DNA of 64,000 nt from Candidatus Krumholzibacteriota bacterium (GTDB lineage: Bacteria; Krumholzibacteriota; Krumholzibacteriia; JACNKJ01). The notes beneath the pieces were generated by a model. That model saw only the letters and a program-made list of their open reading frames with translations. It did no database searches and was not told the origin of the DNA. This document shows, one piece after another, positions 9,606 through 18,195 of the stretch (position 1 is the stretch's first letter; every line of letters starts with the position of its first letter). Both the position numbers and the translations under genes were made by a program. The stretch spans positions 101,866 through 165,865 of the forward strand of contig JAFGBK010000070.1 in NCBI GenBank assembly GCA_016933175.1, read 5' to 3'.

Positions 9606-11080
9606 GCGCTCCCACCCCTTTCGCGCCAGGCCGCCCGCAGGACCTCGCGGTCCGAGAAGGACCGGCGGCGGCCGTCGATCTCCTGGTACTCCTCGTGCCC
9701 CTTGCCCAGGACGGCGATCAGGTCCTCCGGGCCACAGGCGGCCAGGGCGGCGCCGATGGCCCGGGCCCGGTCCACCTCTTTCTGCCAGCTTCCGGCCGCC
9801 GGGTCCATGCCCTTTTCCATCTCCGCCAGGATGGCCGCGGGATCCTCGCCGCGCGGGTTGTCGCTGGTGAGCCAGACGCGGTCGGCGCCCCGCTGGGCCG
9901 CGGCGCCCATCAGGGGCCGCTTGCCGCGATCGCGGTCGCCGCCCGCCCCCAGCACCACCACCAGGGACCCCCGGCACAGGGGGCGCAGGGCGGCCAGGAC
10001 CTTGGCCACGGCGTCCGGCGTGTGGGCGTAGTCCACCACGGCCGCGGGCCCGCCGGCGAGTTCCACGCGCTCGAGCCGCCCCGGCACGCCGGGGAAGCAC
10101 GCCAGGCGCCCGGCCAGGTCGTCGGCGCCGGCGCCCAGGGCCAGGGCCAGGGCCAGGCAGCCCGCGGCGTTGTCAAGGTTGAACGCGCCCGGCAGGGGAC
10201 TGGCGAACTCCCGCGCGCCGCCGGGCCCGTGCAGGCGGAAGCGCGAGCCCGCCAGCCCGCTGGCCAGGGGCTCGCAGCGGTAATCGGCGCCGGCCCCGCG
10301 GCCGTAGCCCAGGCGCGGCCCCTCGCCGGTCGCGCCGCCCGCCAGCAGGCGCGCGAACCAGGGATCGTCCGCGTTGAGCAGGGCCGGCGCGCCGGGCGCC
10401 CGCAGGTCCAGCAGCCGCGCCTTGGCGGCGAAGTAGGCCTCGAGGGTGCCGTGGTAGTCCAGGTGGTCCCGGCTGAGGTTGGTGGCCAGGACGCCCGCGA
10501 AGCGGCAGCCCGCCACGCGGTCCTGATCCAGGGCGTGGCTGCTGACCTCCATGGCCACGCCGGCCCGCCCGTCGGCGACGCTCTCGGCCAGGAGGGCGGC
10601 GAGGGCCACGGGGTCCGGCGTGGTGTGCGTGCTGGGCCGCGCGGCGGCCCCGGCCGCGAAGGCGAGCGTGCCGAGGCGTCCCCAGGGCGCGCCGGGCTCG
10701 TCCAGGAGCCACTGCAGCAGGTGGACGCAGGTGCTCTTGCCGTTGGTGCCGGTGACGCCGAGCAGGCGCAGGCGGCGCGTGGGATCGCCGGCCAGCAGCT
10801 GGGCCGCGCGGCCGGCGGCCTCGCGCGGCCGGGCGCAGAGCAGGCAGGGCACGTCCGGCGGCGGCGTGGCTTCCGCCGGCAGCAGGAGGGAGCCGGCGCC
10901 GCGGGCCAGGGCGTCGCCGATGAAGGCGCGGCCGTCGGCATGGCTGCCCGGCAGGGCCGCGAAGAGCGCGCCGGGCGCGACCGCCCGGCTGTCGATGGCC
11001 AGGGACGGCACCGGCGCGTCCCCCGCCGCGCGGCAATCCGTCAGGGCGGCCGCCAGGGCCCGGAGGGTCCAGTCGCTCAC
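9602..11080 (-). CDS. murE: UDP-N-acetylmuramoyl-L-alanyl-D-glutamate--2,6-diaminopimelate ligase
   Basis: VTGTNGKST, HTTPDP, MEVSSHAL, NLSRDHLDYH, VDYAHTPD, GGDRDRGKRP, GKGHE. The SDNPR motif indicates meso-DAP specificity. Confidence 0.97.
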   Translation of the reverse strand: MSDWTLRALAAALTDCRAAGDAPVPSLAIDSRAVAPGALFAALPGSHADGRAFIGDALARGAGSLLLPAEATPPPDVPCLLCARPREAAGRAAQLLAGDPTRRLRLLGVTGTNGKSTCVHLLQWLLDEPGAPWGRLGTLAFAAGAAARPSTHTTPDPVALAALLAESVADGRAGVAMEVSSHALDQDRVAGCRFAGVLATNLSRDHLDYHGTLEAYFAAKARLLDLRAPGAPALLNADDPWFARLLAGGATGEGPRLGYGRGAGADYRCEPLASGLAGSRFRLHGPGGAREFASPLPGAFNLDNAAGCLALALALGAGADDLAGRLACFPGVPGRLERVELAGGPAAVVDYAHTPDAVAKVLAALRPLCRGSLVVVLGAGGDRDRGKRPLMGAAAQRGADRVWLTSDNPRGEDPAAILAEMEKGMDPAAGSWQKEVDRARAIGAALAACGPEDLIAVLGKGHEEYQEIDGRRRSFSDREVLRAAWRERGGSA

Positions 11081-13176
11081 GAGCGCTGCTCCGACGCCAC
11101 CGTGGCCAGATCCAGGACGATCAGCCCGCCGCGCGCGGGATCCGGCGCCGCCTGACCCGTGACGACGCCGCGGCCGCGGGGCAGCACGTCGTAGCCTCCC
11201 TCCAGGGCACGCCGGCGCGCCTCGCGCAGGCTGAGGCCGCGCAGGTCCGGCGGATCAAGCCGCCGCTCGGGATCCCCCAGGATCAGGAGCAGTGGCTGAT
11301 CGGGCAGCAGAGGGCAACCCGGCCCGGGCAGCTGCGCCACCACGCGCGCGCCCTCCCCCTGGAAGCGAACGCTCAGGTGCCGCGCCAGGGCCAGGGAGTC
11401 GGCTCGGTTCACGGGCAGGTCCAGCAGGCGGGGCGCCCGGGCGGCGGCGGCGGCCGGATCCGGCGGCGGCGCGGCGGCGGCATCCAGCAGGTAGTCGGTG
11501 GCGACGGCGATGCCCTCGACGATGCGCGCGAAGGCCGGCGCCGCGCTCTGACCGCCATGATAGTGTTCGGTGTCGGGCTCGTCCAGGAAGACGCCCACCA
11601 CCAGGCGCGGCCGGGCCAGCGGCGCCACGCCCACGAAGCTGGCCAGGTAGGCGCCCTGCTTGAGGCGCCCGTCCTCGAACTTCTGGGCCGTGCCCGTCTT
11701 GCCCCCCACGCGCAGGCCGGCGACGGCCGCGCGCTCGCCGGTGCCGCGCGCCACCGCCTCGCCCATGAGGTCCAGGATGCACCGGGCCGTGCTGGCGCGG
11801 CAGACCCGGCGCAGGGCGACCGGCTCGACGGTCGTCAGCTCCCCGCCGGCGCGGTCGCGCCGAGCCCTGACCAGGCGCGGGCGCATCAGGCGGCCCTCGT
11901 TGGCCAGGGCGCCGAAGGCCGCCGTCACCTGCAGGGGCGTGGCGCTCAGCTCCTGGCCGAAGACCAGGGTCATGCGGCTGCGCCCGGACCACTCGCAGGG
12001 CTTGCGCAGGACGCCGCCCTCCTCGCCCGGTAGGATCAGGCCGCAGGGTATGCCCAGGCCCAGGTCCTGGTAGGCGCGGAACAGCTCCTGGTCCGTGATG
12101 CGCACGGCGAACTTGGCGAAGCAGATGTTGCTGGAGTGGACGAAGGCCTCGCGGAAGCTGAGCAGGCCATGGTGGGGCCGGTCGTCGCGGATCCAGATGC
12201 CCTCGATGCAGGCCCGGCCGCCCTCGGGATCGGCGGTGGTCGCCAGGTCCAGACCGCCGCGCTCCAGGAGAGGGATGGCGCTCAGGGCCTTGAAGGTGGA
12301 GCCCGGTTCGTAGGCGGCATGGACGGGCAGGAGCTGCCACTCGGCCGGGCGATAGGCGCCGCGCCGCTCGGGGCTGGGCCAGGTGGACAGGGCCAGGATG
12401 TCGCCCGTGGCCGGATCCAGGACCACGGCGCTGCCGGCCCGGGCACCCGCGGCCTCGGCCGCGCGCGCCAGCTCGGCGTCCGCCAGGGCCTGGACCTTGT
12501 GGTCGATGGTCAGCAGGACGTCGTCGCCCTGCCGGGGCGGCACCAGCAGGCGCTGCCCGGAGCCCAGGAGGCTGCGCCCGCGCCCGTCCTTGGGCACGAG
12601 CGCCAGGCCCGGCCTCCCGGCCAGCGCCTCCTGCAGGCCCGCCTCGAGGCCGGCCACGCCCTGCCCCCCGGCGTTGACGAAGCCCACCAGCGGCGCTCCC
12701 GTGGCGCCGAGGGGATAGAGGCGCTGCGCCTGCCGCTCGAGGTGGAGCAAGCCCGAACGCTCCAGCAGCCGCCGCTCCGGCATGGCGAGGACCAGTCCCT
12801 CGTGCAGCACCAGGTAGCGCCCGGACGCGCGGGCGAGGGCGCGCTCCAGCGCGCGCGGAGTTCGCCCCAGGACCGGAGCGATGGCGGCCAGCAGATCCTG
12901 CCGCTCGCTGTCGGGCAGCGCGCGCAGGCACTGGGGATCGCAGCTGACATGGGTGGCCAGGGTCGAGACGGCCAGGGGCGTGCCGCGGCGGTCGTAGAGA
13001 TTGCCGCGCAGCGCGGGCAGGCGGATCTTCTTCTCCCACTGGCGGCCGGCCAGCTCGCGGTAACGGTCGTGGCGGAGCACCTGGATCTGGAACAGGCGCA
13101 GGCCGAGCACGGCGGCCGTCGCGACCACGAGCGCGGCCAGGAGGGGAATCTCATGCCGCGGTCGGCAGCGACCCAT
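11077..13176 (-). CDS. ftsI: Class B penicillin-binding protein FtsI/PBP3 with C-terminal PASTA-like repeats
   Basis: N-terminal TM, RGNLYDRRG, RLYPLG, GLEAGLQ, LTIDHKVQ; catalytic motifs EPGSTFK (SxxK), HSSN (SxN) and KTGTAQK; PDLRGLSLREA PASTA motif. Confidence 0.94.
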   Translation of the reverse strand: MGRCRPRHEIPLLAALVVATAAVLGLRLFQIQVLRHDRYRELAGRQWEKKIRLPALRGNLYDRRGTPLAVSTLATHVSCDPQCLRALPDSERQDLLAAIAPVLGRTPRALERALARASGRYLVLHEGLVLAMPERRLLERSGLLHLERQAQRLYPLGATGAPLVGFVNAGGQGVAGLEAGLQEALAGRPGLALVPKDGRGRSLLGSGQRLLVPPRQGDDVLLTIDHKVQALADAELARAAEAAGARAGSAVVLDPATGDILALSTWPSPERRGAYRPAEWQLLPVHAAYEPGSTFKALSAIPLLERGGLDLATTADPEGGRACIEGIWIRDDRPHHGLLSFREAFVHSSNICFAKFAVRITDQELFRAYQDLGLGIPCGLILPGEEGGVLRKPCEWSGRSRMTLVFGQELSATPLQVTAAFGALANEGRLMRPRLVRARRDRAGGELTTVEPVALRRVCRASTARCILDLMGEAVARGTGERAAVAGLRVGGKTGTAQKFEDGRLKQGAYLASFVGVAPLARPRLVVGVFLDEPDTEHYHGGQSAAPAFARIVEGIAVATDYLLDAAAAPPPDPAAAAARAPRLLDLPVNRADSLALARHLSVRFQGEGARVVAQLPGPGCPLLPDQPLLLILGDPERRLDPPDLRGLSLREARRRALEGGYDVLPRGRGVVTGQAAPDPARGGLIVLDLATVASEQRS

Positions 13177-13194
13177 GGATGGTCCCGCCGTGCG

Positions 13195-13629
13195 CTAGTG
13201 CCCGTCCGCGGCGCGCGCGGCGGGCACGGTGATGCCGGCGCTCGCCAGCCAGGCCGAACTCTCGCGCCGGGGCAGGTCGCCCGCGGCGACGGGGATGAAG
13301 ATGCGGCCGTCCAGGTCGCGGCTGGCCAGCTGGGCCGCGGGCAGGCCGCGCAGGAGCCGCTCGGGTTGCCGCTCGCGCGCCACGGCCACGCCCAGCTCCA
13401 GGATGCGCGCGCGCAGGGCGTCGCGCTCGGCCTCCAGACTCGCCACCTCGCCCGCCAGGCGCAGGCCGCGGTTCTGCTGCCAGACGAACCAGAGCAGGAG
13501 GGCGAACAGGACGAGACCCACGAAGAACCAGACGTCGCGGCGCCGCAGGGCGTCGCGGCTGTGGACGCCCTCGCCGCGGCGGCTGTCGGGATCCCAGGTC
13601 CGGGTGGGGTGACCGGGAAGCAGACTCAT
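13195..13629 (-). CDS. ftsL: Cell division protein FtsL-like (TM plus coiled coil)
   Basis: 144 aa from ATG 13629 (ATGA overlap with the rsmH stop): basic N-terminus, TM VWFFVGLVLFALLLWFVW, then heptad LAGEVASLEAERDALRARILEL. Canonical position between rsmH and ftsI. Confidence 0.8.
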   Translation of the reverse strand: MSLLPGHPTRTWDPDSRRGEGVHSRDALRRRDVWFFVGLVLFALLLWFVWQQNRGLRLAGEVASLEAERDALRARILELGVAVARERQPERLLRGLPAAQLASRDLDGRIFIPVAAGDLPRRESSAWLASAGITVPAARAADGH

Positions 13630-14546
13630 GGAACGATCCTCCTGACCGCCCGCAGCCGGGCGCTGCGGGCTCGCGGGTTGCGGAGCCGCTCGTCGGGACC
13701 GGGACGCAGGGCCCGGGGCGTGAGCAGTTCGAAGGAGCGACGGTGCCCGCAGGCACAGACCGGAAGCTCCGGCGGGCAGAGGCAGTCGGTGCTCTCGCGG
13801 CGGAAGCAGCGCTTGACGCGCCGGTCCTCCAGGGAGTGGTAGCTGACGACCGCCGCCCGGCCGCCGGGGGCCAGGCAGCGTGGCAGGGCCGCGAGGGCGC
13901 TGTCCAGGGCGGCCAGCTCGTCGTTGACGGCGATGCGCAGGGCCTGGAAGACGCGCGCCAGCTCCGCGTGCGAGCCCCGCGCCCCCGTGACGCTCTCCAC
14001 GGCGCGGCGCAGATCGCCGGTGCCGGCCAGGCGGCCGGCGTCCCGGGCGGCGAGGATGGCGCGGGCCAGCGCGCGGGGACGCCGGACCTCGCCCAGCTCC
14101 GAGAGCAGGGCGGCCAGGCCACCGGCATCGAGGTCGGCCAGGAGGGCCGCGGCGCCGGGGCCGTCGTCGCCCATGCGCATGTCCAGGGGTCCGTCCTGCA
14201 TGAAGGAGAAGCCGCGGTCGGGCAGGTCCAATTGCATGGAACTCACTCCCAGGTCGAGCAGGACGCCTTGCGCGCCGTCGGGAGCGAGAGGCAGCAGGTG
14301 GGTTTCGAGGTCCGCGAAGTTGCCGCGGACGAACCGGACCCGGTCGGCGTAGTCGGCCAGCCTCCGGCGGGCGATCTCCAGGGCCGCCGGATCCCGGTCG
14401 ATGCCGAGCACGCGGATCCCCGGATCGGCCCGGAGCAGGGCCTCGGCGTGCCCGCCCGCGCCCAGCGTGGCGTCCACGTAGAGCCCCGGCCCCCCGGCGG
14501 TCAGGATCGTGACGCACTCCCGCCGCAGGACCGGCTCGTGCTCCAT
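13626..14546 (-). CDS. rsmH: 16S rRNA m4C1402 methyltransferase RsmH/MraW
   Basis: HEPVL, VDATLGAGGHA, DLGVSSMQLD, RGFSF, PLDMRM, FQALRIAVNDEL, SYHSLEDRRVK, NPRARSARLR. Confidence 0.98.
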   Translation of the reverse strand: MEHEPVLRRECVTILTAGGPGLYVDATLGAGGHAEALLRADPGIRVLGIDRDPAALEIARRRLADYADRVRFVRGNFADLETHLLPLAPDGAQGVLLDLGVSSMQLDLPDRGFSFMQDGPLDMRMGDDGPGAAALLADLDAGGLAALLSELGEVRRPRALARAILAARDAGRLAGTGDLRRAVESVTGARGSHAELARVFQALRIAVNDELAALDSALAALPRCLAPGGRAAVVSYHSLEDRRVKRCFRRESTDCLCPPELPVCACGHRRSFELLTPRALRPGPDERLRNPRARSARLRAVRRIVP

Positions 14547-14588
14547 TCCCGGGGCTCCCTGCCAAGCGCGCGGGGAGCGGCCCGCCGG

Positions 14589-14990
14589 CTAGGCCGGCAG
14601 ACCGCTCCCCCTTCTCTCACCCTCTTGCGCGGTCAAGTCAAAAGCGGCGGAAGTGCTGCCGATTCCCAGTGCCGCACTTGCCTCTGAAGGGAAAACGGGA
14701 ATCTGTCTGGGAACATCTCCCGCCGCCAAGATATCGAGCAGGTAGGGGCTGGGGCCCACGAGAACCAGGCTGCCGCCGAGCTGCCGGACCTGGCGGTAAA
14801 GACCCAGCAGCTCGGGCAGCACCCGGTACTGGATGTGGGACACACCCAACAGGCTGACGGCGAAGCTGCGGACGCCCACGACCGCGAGGCCCAGCACCTC
14901 GCTCTCCAGCTCGCGCTGCAGGCGGACATCCCAGTCCGCCACGAGACTCAGCTCCACGAACTCCGCGTGTCGCGTGACGATCAGGGCCAT
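14589..14990 (-). CDS. STAS-domain (anti-sigma antagonist-like) protein lacking the canonical DSSG motif
   Basis: 133 aa with a STAS-like pattern (VSLLGVSHIQYRVLPELLGLYRQVRQLGGSLVLVGPSPYLLDIL...IPVFPSEASA). It fills the mraZ-rsmH gap and has a purine-rich SD (GAGAGAGG). Confidence 0.75.
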   Translation of the reverse strand: MALIVTRHAEFVELSLVADWDVRLQRELESEVLGLAVVGVRSFAVSLLGVSHIQYRVLPELLGLYRQVRQLGGSLVLVGPSPYLLDILAAGDVPRQIPVFPSEASAALGIGSTSAAFDLTAQEGERRGSGLPA

Positions 14991-15035
14991 CGCCGCCTCT
15001 CTCTCACCCTCCTGCCGCTCCGACCCGCCCCCGGG

Positions 15036-15467
15036 TCAGAGCAGGTTCTCCATCTCCCGCAGGGCCTCGGGGGCCTCCGCGAGACCGGTCTGGAAACGCT
15101 CGGGCTGCCAGACCTCTATGTAATCCAGGGCCCCGACGAGCAGGGTCTCCTGGTCGATGCCGTAGTCCGCGAGGAACTCCCGGGGCAGACCCACGCGCCC
15201 CTGCTTGTCCAGGACCAGCGTCGCCGAGTTGCTGCTGTAGAAGCGCACGACCTGGCGCTTGCGGGGGCCGGGAGGCAGGGCCTGCAGCTTCGCCTGGAAC
15301 TGGCGCCAGCCCTCGGGGGCGTAGAGCAGCAGGCAGCTGTCGATGCCCCGCGTCAGGACGAAGGTCTCGCCGCCCTCGGCTCCCAGGTGGCGGCGGAAGC
15401 TGGCCGGCACGTTGATGCGGCCCTTGCTGTCCACCTTGCAGCGATGGGTGCCGATGAAACCGCTCAC
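15036..15467 (-). CDS. mraZ: Transcriptional regulator MraZ
   Basis: Two DxKGR/DxQGR repeats (KVDSKGRINVPASFR; LDKQGRVGLP) and VGALDYIEVW. Start re-picked at GTG 15467 (GGGGGA SD), giving 143 aa. Confidence 0.96.
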   Translation of the reverse strand: MSGFIGTHRCKVDSKGRINVPASFRRHLGAEGGETFVLTRGIDSCLLLYAPEGWRQFQAKLQALPPGPRKRQVVRFYSSNSATLVLDKQGRVGLPREFLADYGIDQETLLVGALDYIEVWQPERFQTGLAEAPEALREMENLL

Positions 15468-15486
15468 GAGTCCCCCAAGATCACAG

Positions 15487-15565
15487 GTGGTGGATTTCAG
15501 TGGATCTTGCCCCACTTTCACCCACGGCGGCCACAATATCCCCACGACACGGGAGGGTCAACCAC
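15487..15565 (-). promoter_or_regulatory. MraZ-binding GTGG(G) repeat array
   Basis: Minus-strand GTGG boxes (+ strand CCAC at 15562, 15542, 15531, 15522, 15512; about 10-bp period) overlap the promoter. Inverted boxes occur at 15487/15490 and 15500. This matches the known MraZ operator pattern of GTGG(G) repeats every 10 bp. Confidence 0.8.
15533..15561 (-). promoter_or_regulatory. Sigma70-type promoter of the dcw cluster
   Basis: Minus strand TTGACC (15561-15556), 17-nt spacer, TATTGT (15538-15533), about 65 nt upstream of mraZ. Confidence 0.75.
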
Positions 15566-15687
15566 TATTTTCCCGCTCCGAAACGGCCGAATACCCGGAT
15601 TTCGACTCCGCGGCACAGCCTGGATTGACAGCAGAGACTTTTTAACATTTGTGTGATTTATAGAGCGGCACGGATCCGGCGGGCGGC

Positions 15688-17547
15688 TCAGCCGGCCGGC
15701 TCCTCCCGTCCGCTCCCGGAGGGGATCGGGACGCCGCGGGGCAGGGTGAAGCAGAAGCATGCGCCGCGGCCGACGCCCGCGGACTCGACCCAGATGCGCC
15801 CGCGGTGGTGCTCCACGATGCGCTTGACGATGGCCAGGCCGATGCCCGTGCCCTCGCCGCCGGTGTCGAGCTTGGCGAAGAGGCCAAAGATGCGGTCGGC
15901 GTTCTCAGGCGCGATGCCGACGCCGTTGTCCCGCACGGTGACGACCGTCTCGCCGCCCTCGGTCCGGCTGCCCACCTCGACGCGGGGCGCGGCCTGTCCG
16001 CCCATGAACTTGGCGGCGTTGTCCAGGAGGTTCTGCAGCACCTCGAGCAGGCGGACCCGGTCCCCCACCACGCGGGGCAGGTCCGAAGCGATGTCGAGAG
16101 CGATGCCCGCCTGGCGGTAGCGGCCCTCCACGGCGGCCGCCGCCTCGCGCGCCAGCTCGCCCAGGTCGATCTCCTCCTCGGGATTCGCCAGGCGGCCGAT
16201 GCGCGAGAGCTCGAGCAGGTCGTGCAGCAGCATCTCCATCTTCTCGGTGGCCGTGACGATGCGCGCGATGTCGGCGCGGACGCGCTCGGCGTCGCCGGCC
16301 GCGCTGTCCTTGTCCAGCAGCTGGGCGAAGGCCCTGATGGTGATCAGCGGCGAGCGCAGGTCGTGGGAGACGGTGTAGGCGAAGCGCTCGAGCTCGGCGT
16401 TCTTCTCCTCCAGCTCGCCGATGAGGGCCTGCTCGGCGCCTCGCGCGCGCTGGCGCTCGGTGATGTCCATCGCCGTGAAGACCAGCCCCGCGTCCATGGT
16501 GCCGGGATCGATGGCCGCCGAGCTGAGCAGGATGTCCAGGACCACCCCGTCCTTGCGCCGCCAGCGCGTCTCCACGGCGCCGAGGCCCGCCTCCCGCACC
16601 TGGGCGTGCTTGACCCGGCCCACGCGCGCGTGCTCCTCGTCGGTCTCGTAGAGCAGGCGGGCGGGCCGCCCCCGCAGCTCCTCGCCGGCGTAGCCCGTCA
16701 TGCGCTGCAGGGCGGCGTTCGACCAGCCGAGGACGCGCTGGCCGTCCACCAGGCCGATGCCGATGGGCGCCGCGCGGAAGACGCTGCGCAGCGTGGCCTC
16801 CCGCTCGCGCAGGGCCGCCTCGGAGACCTGCAGCTCCGCGCGCACGCGGGCCGCCTCCACCAGCTCGCGCGCCAGGGTGAAGCCCATGAGCAGCACCAGG
16901 GCCACGTAGGCGTACTCGATCAGATAGACGGCGCGGTACAGGCCGCTGCTCACGGCCGTGTCGTTGAAGACGCCGGCGAAGAAGACGAGCAGGGCCGCGA
17001 TGAGCGGCCTCATCTCCCGCCGCCGCCCCGCGCGGTAGGCGCGCACGGCCAGGATCATCACCACCGCGAAGACGAGGATGCCGAGCAGGCCCTGGAGGAT
17101 GGTGAGGGGACCCGGGGCCATCTCGTAATAGGTGGTCTCCAGGCCGAAGGGCAGCAGGACCTGCTTGACGAGGGGGCGGTCGGTCCAGCACAGCCCGCCC
17201 CGCTCCACCGTGGCGACGGCCGCGTAGACCAGGCTGAGCAGGGCGAGGACATGGACGAGGCGCCGTCGGCGCAGGGCCAGGTAATCCGCCACGAAGCGCA
17301 GGAAGGCGGCGTTGGCCAGGGCCAGGGCGATGAGCTGCAGGCGTTGCCAGCGCACGCCGTCGACGGGCGCCGCGGACTGGTAGAGCCCCGCCGCGAAAAT
17401 GTCGTAGAAGCCGACGGCCAGGCAGGTGAGGGCGAAGGAGAGATCCATGGCGCCGCGGCCGCGGCCCGCCCACAGCAGCAGGTAGAAGCCGCCGCAGAGG
17501 AAGGCGACCACCGCGAGCAGGAGGGCGGGCAGGGATGCGCAATCCAT
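15688..17547 (-). CDS. Membrane sensor histidine kinase (multi-TM N-terminus, PAS, HisKA, HATPase)
   Basis: About 7 hydrophobic helices, PAS (LRSVFRAAPIGIGLVD...MTGYAGEEL...RRKDG...DITER), H-box FAYTVSHDLRSPL, N-box NLLDNAAKF, VRDNGVGI, GTGIGLAIVK. Confidence 0.93.
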   Translation of the reverse strand: MDCASLPALLLAVVAFLCGGFYLLLWAGRGRGAMDLSFALTCLAVGFYDIFAAGLYQSAAPVDGVRWQRLQLIALALANAAFLRFVADYLALRRRRLVHVLALLSLVYAAVATVERGGLCWTDRPLVKQVLLPFGLETTYYEMAPGPLTILQGLLGILVFAVVMILAVRAYRAGRRREMRPLIAALLVFFAGVFNDTAVSSGLYRAVYLIEYAYVALVLLMGFTLARELVEAARVRAELQVSEAALREREATLRSVFRAAPIGIGLVDGQRVLGWSNAALQRMTGYAGEELRGRPARLLYETDEEHARVGRVKHAQVREAGLGAVETRWRRKDGVVLDILLSSAAIDPGTMDAGLVFTAMDITERQRARGAEQALIGELEEKNAELERFAYTVSHDLRSPLITIRAFAQLLDKDSAAGDAERVRADIARIVTATEKMEMLLHDLLELSRIGRLANPEEEIDLGELAREAAAAVEGRYRQAGIALDIASDLPRVVGDRVRLLEVLQNLLDNAAKFMGGQAAPRVEVGSRTEGGETVVTVRDNGVGIAPENADRIFGLFAKLDTGGEGTGIGLAIVKRIVEHHRGRIWVESAGVGRGACFCFTLPRGVPIPSGSGREEPAG

Positions 17548-17646
17548 GGAGACTCCCGTGGCAGGCGCCAGGCGGCCTCGCCGCCGGTGGCGCGTCCACG
17601 GCGAGTATCCTTCAAGGCCGCGGTTTTTTAAAGATGCGATGCGCGC

Positions 17647-18195
17647 TCAGGTGCCCCCGCCGCCCGGCGGACTCTCGAGAATGCCCGTCAGGTGGCGCCG
17701 CGGCCGCCGGCTGAGCAGGGGCGGCGCGTCGTAGTCGGGGTAGCCGGGCAGGAGCAGGGCGCCGGCCTCGCTCGGGTCGGGCAACATCTCGACGCCCAGG
17801 GGCACGAGGACGCGCCAGAGGCGCAGGGTGTCGCCGTCGCCGGTGACGAAGTCGCGGGCCGCGGCGAAGCGCAGCTCCAGGGCGCCGCGGCGCCGGGCCT
17901 GGGCCACGTCGGCGGGACCCGGCGCTTCGGCCAGGGGCCGGGCGCTGCGGAAGAGGGAGTCCACCTCGGCGAGGAGCCGGCCCGCGCGCGCATCGCCGGC
18001 GGGCAGGTCGGTGATGCCGTGTCTCCCGTGCAGCAGGATCTCCGGCGGACGGACGGACGGCGGCGGCGCGCCCCCGCGCTCGGCGGGCGCGCCGCCGCAG
18101 GCGGCGGCCAGCAGCGCCGCCAGGCAGGCGGCCGCCGGCAGGCGGCCGGGTCCGCCGCCGCGCGGCGGAGGGGCCGGCGTCGCGGCGCGCCTCAC
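17647..18195 (-). CDS. Hypothetical lipoprotein
   Basis: GTG at 18195 overlaps the TGA of the upstream C25 gene; hydrophobic stretch ending in a lipobox-like LLAAA-C-GG; fills the gap up to the kinase. Confidence 0.6.
   Translation of the reverse strand: MRRAATPAPPPRGGGPGRLPAAACLAALLAAACGGAPAERGGAPPPSVRPPEILLHGRHGITDLPAGDARAGRLLAEVDSLFRSARPLAEAPGPADVAQARRRGALELRFAAARDFVTGDGDTLRLWRVLVPLGVEMLPDPSEAGALLLPGYPDYDAPPLLSRRPRRHLTGILESPPGGGGT

Noticed and set aside
15621-15665. Plus-strand TTGACA at 15625-15630 as an antisense promoter or sRNA start
   Set aside because: There is no acceptable -10 hexamer at 16-18 nt spacing and no supported plus-strand gene downstream.
17604-17632. Possible kinase promoter TTTAAA-N17-GATACT
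   Set aside because: The spacing is right, but both hexamers deviate from consensus; too weak to list as a feature.
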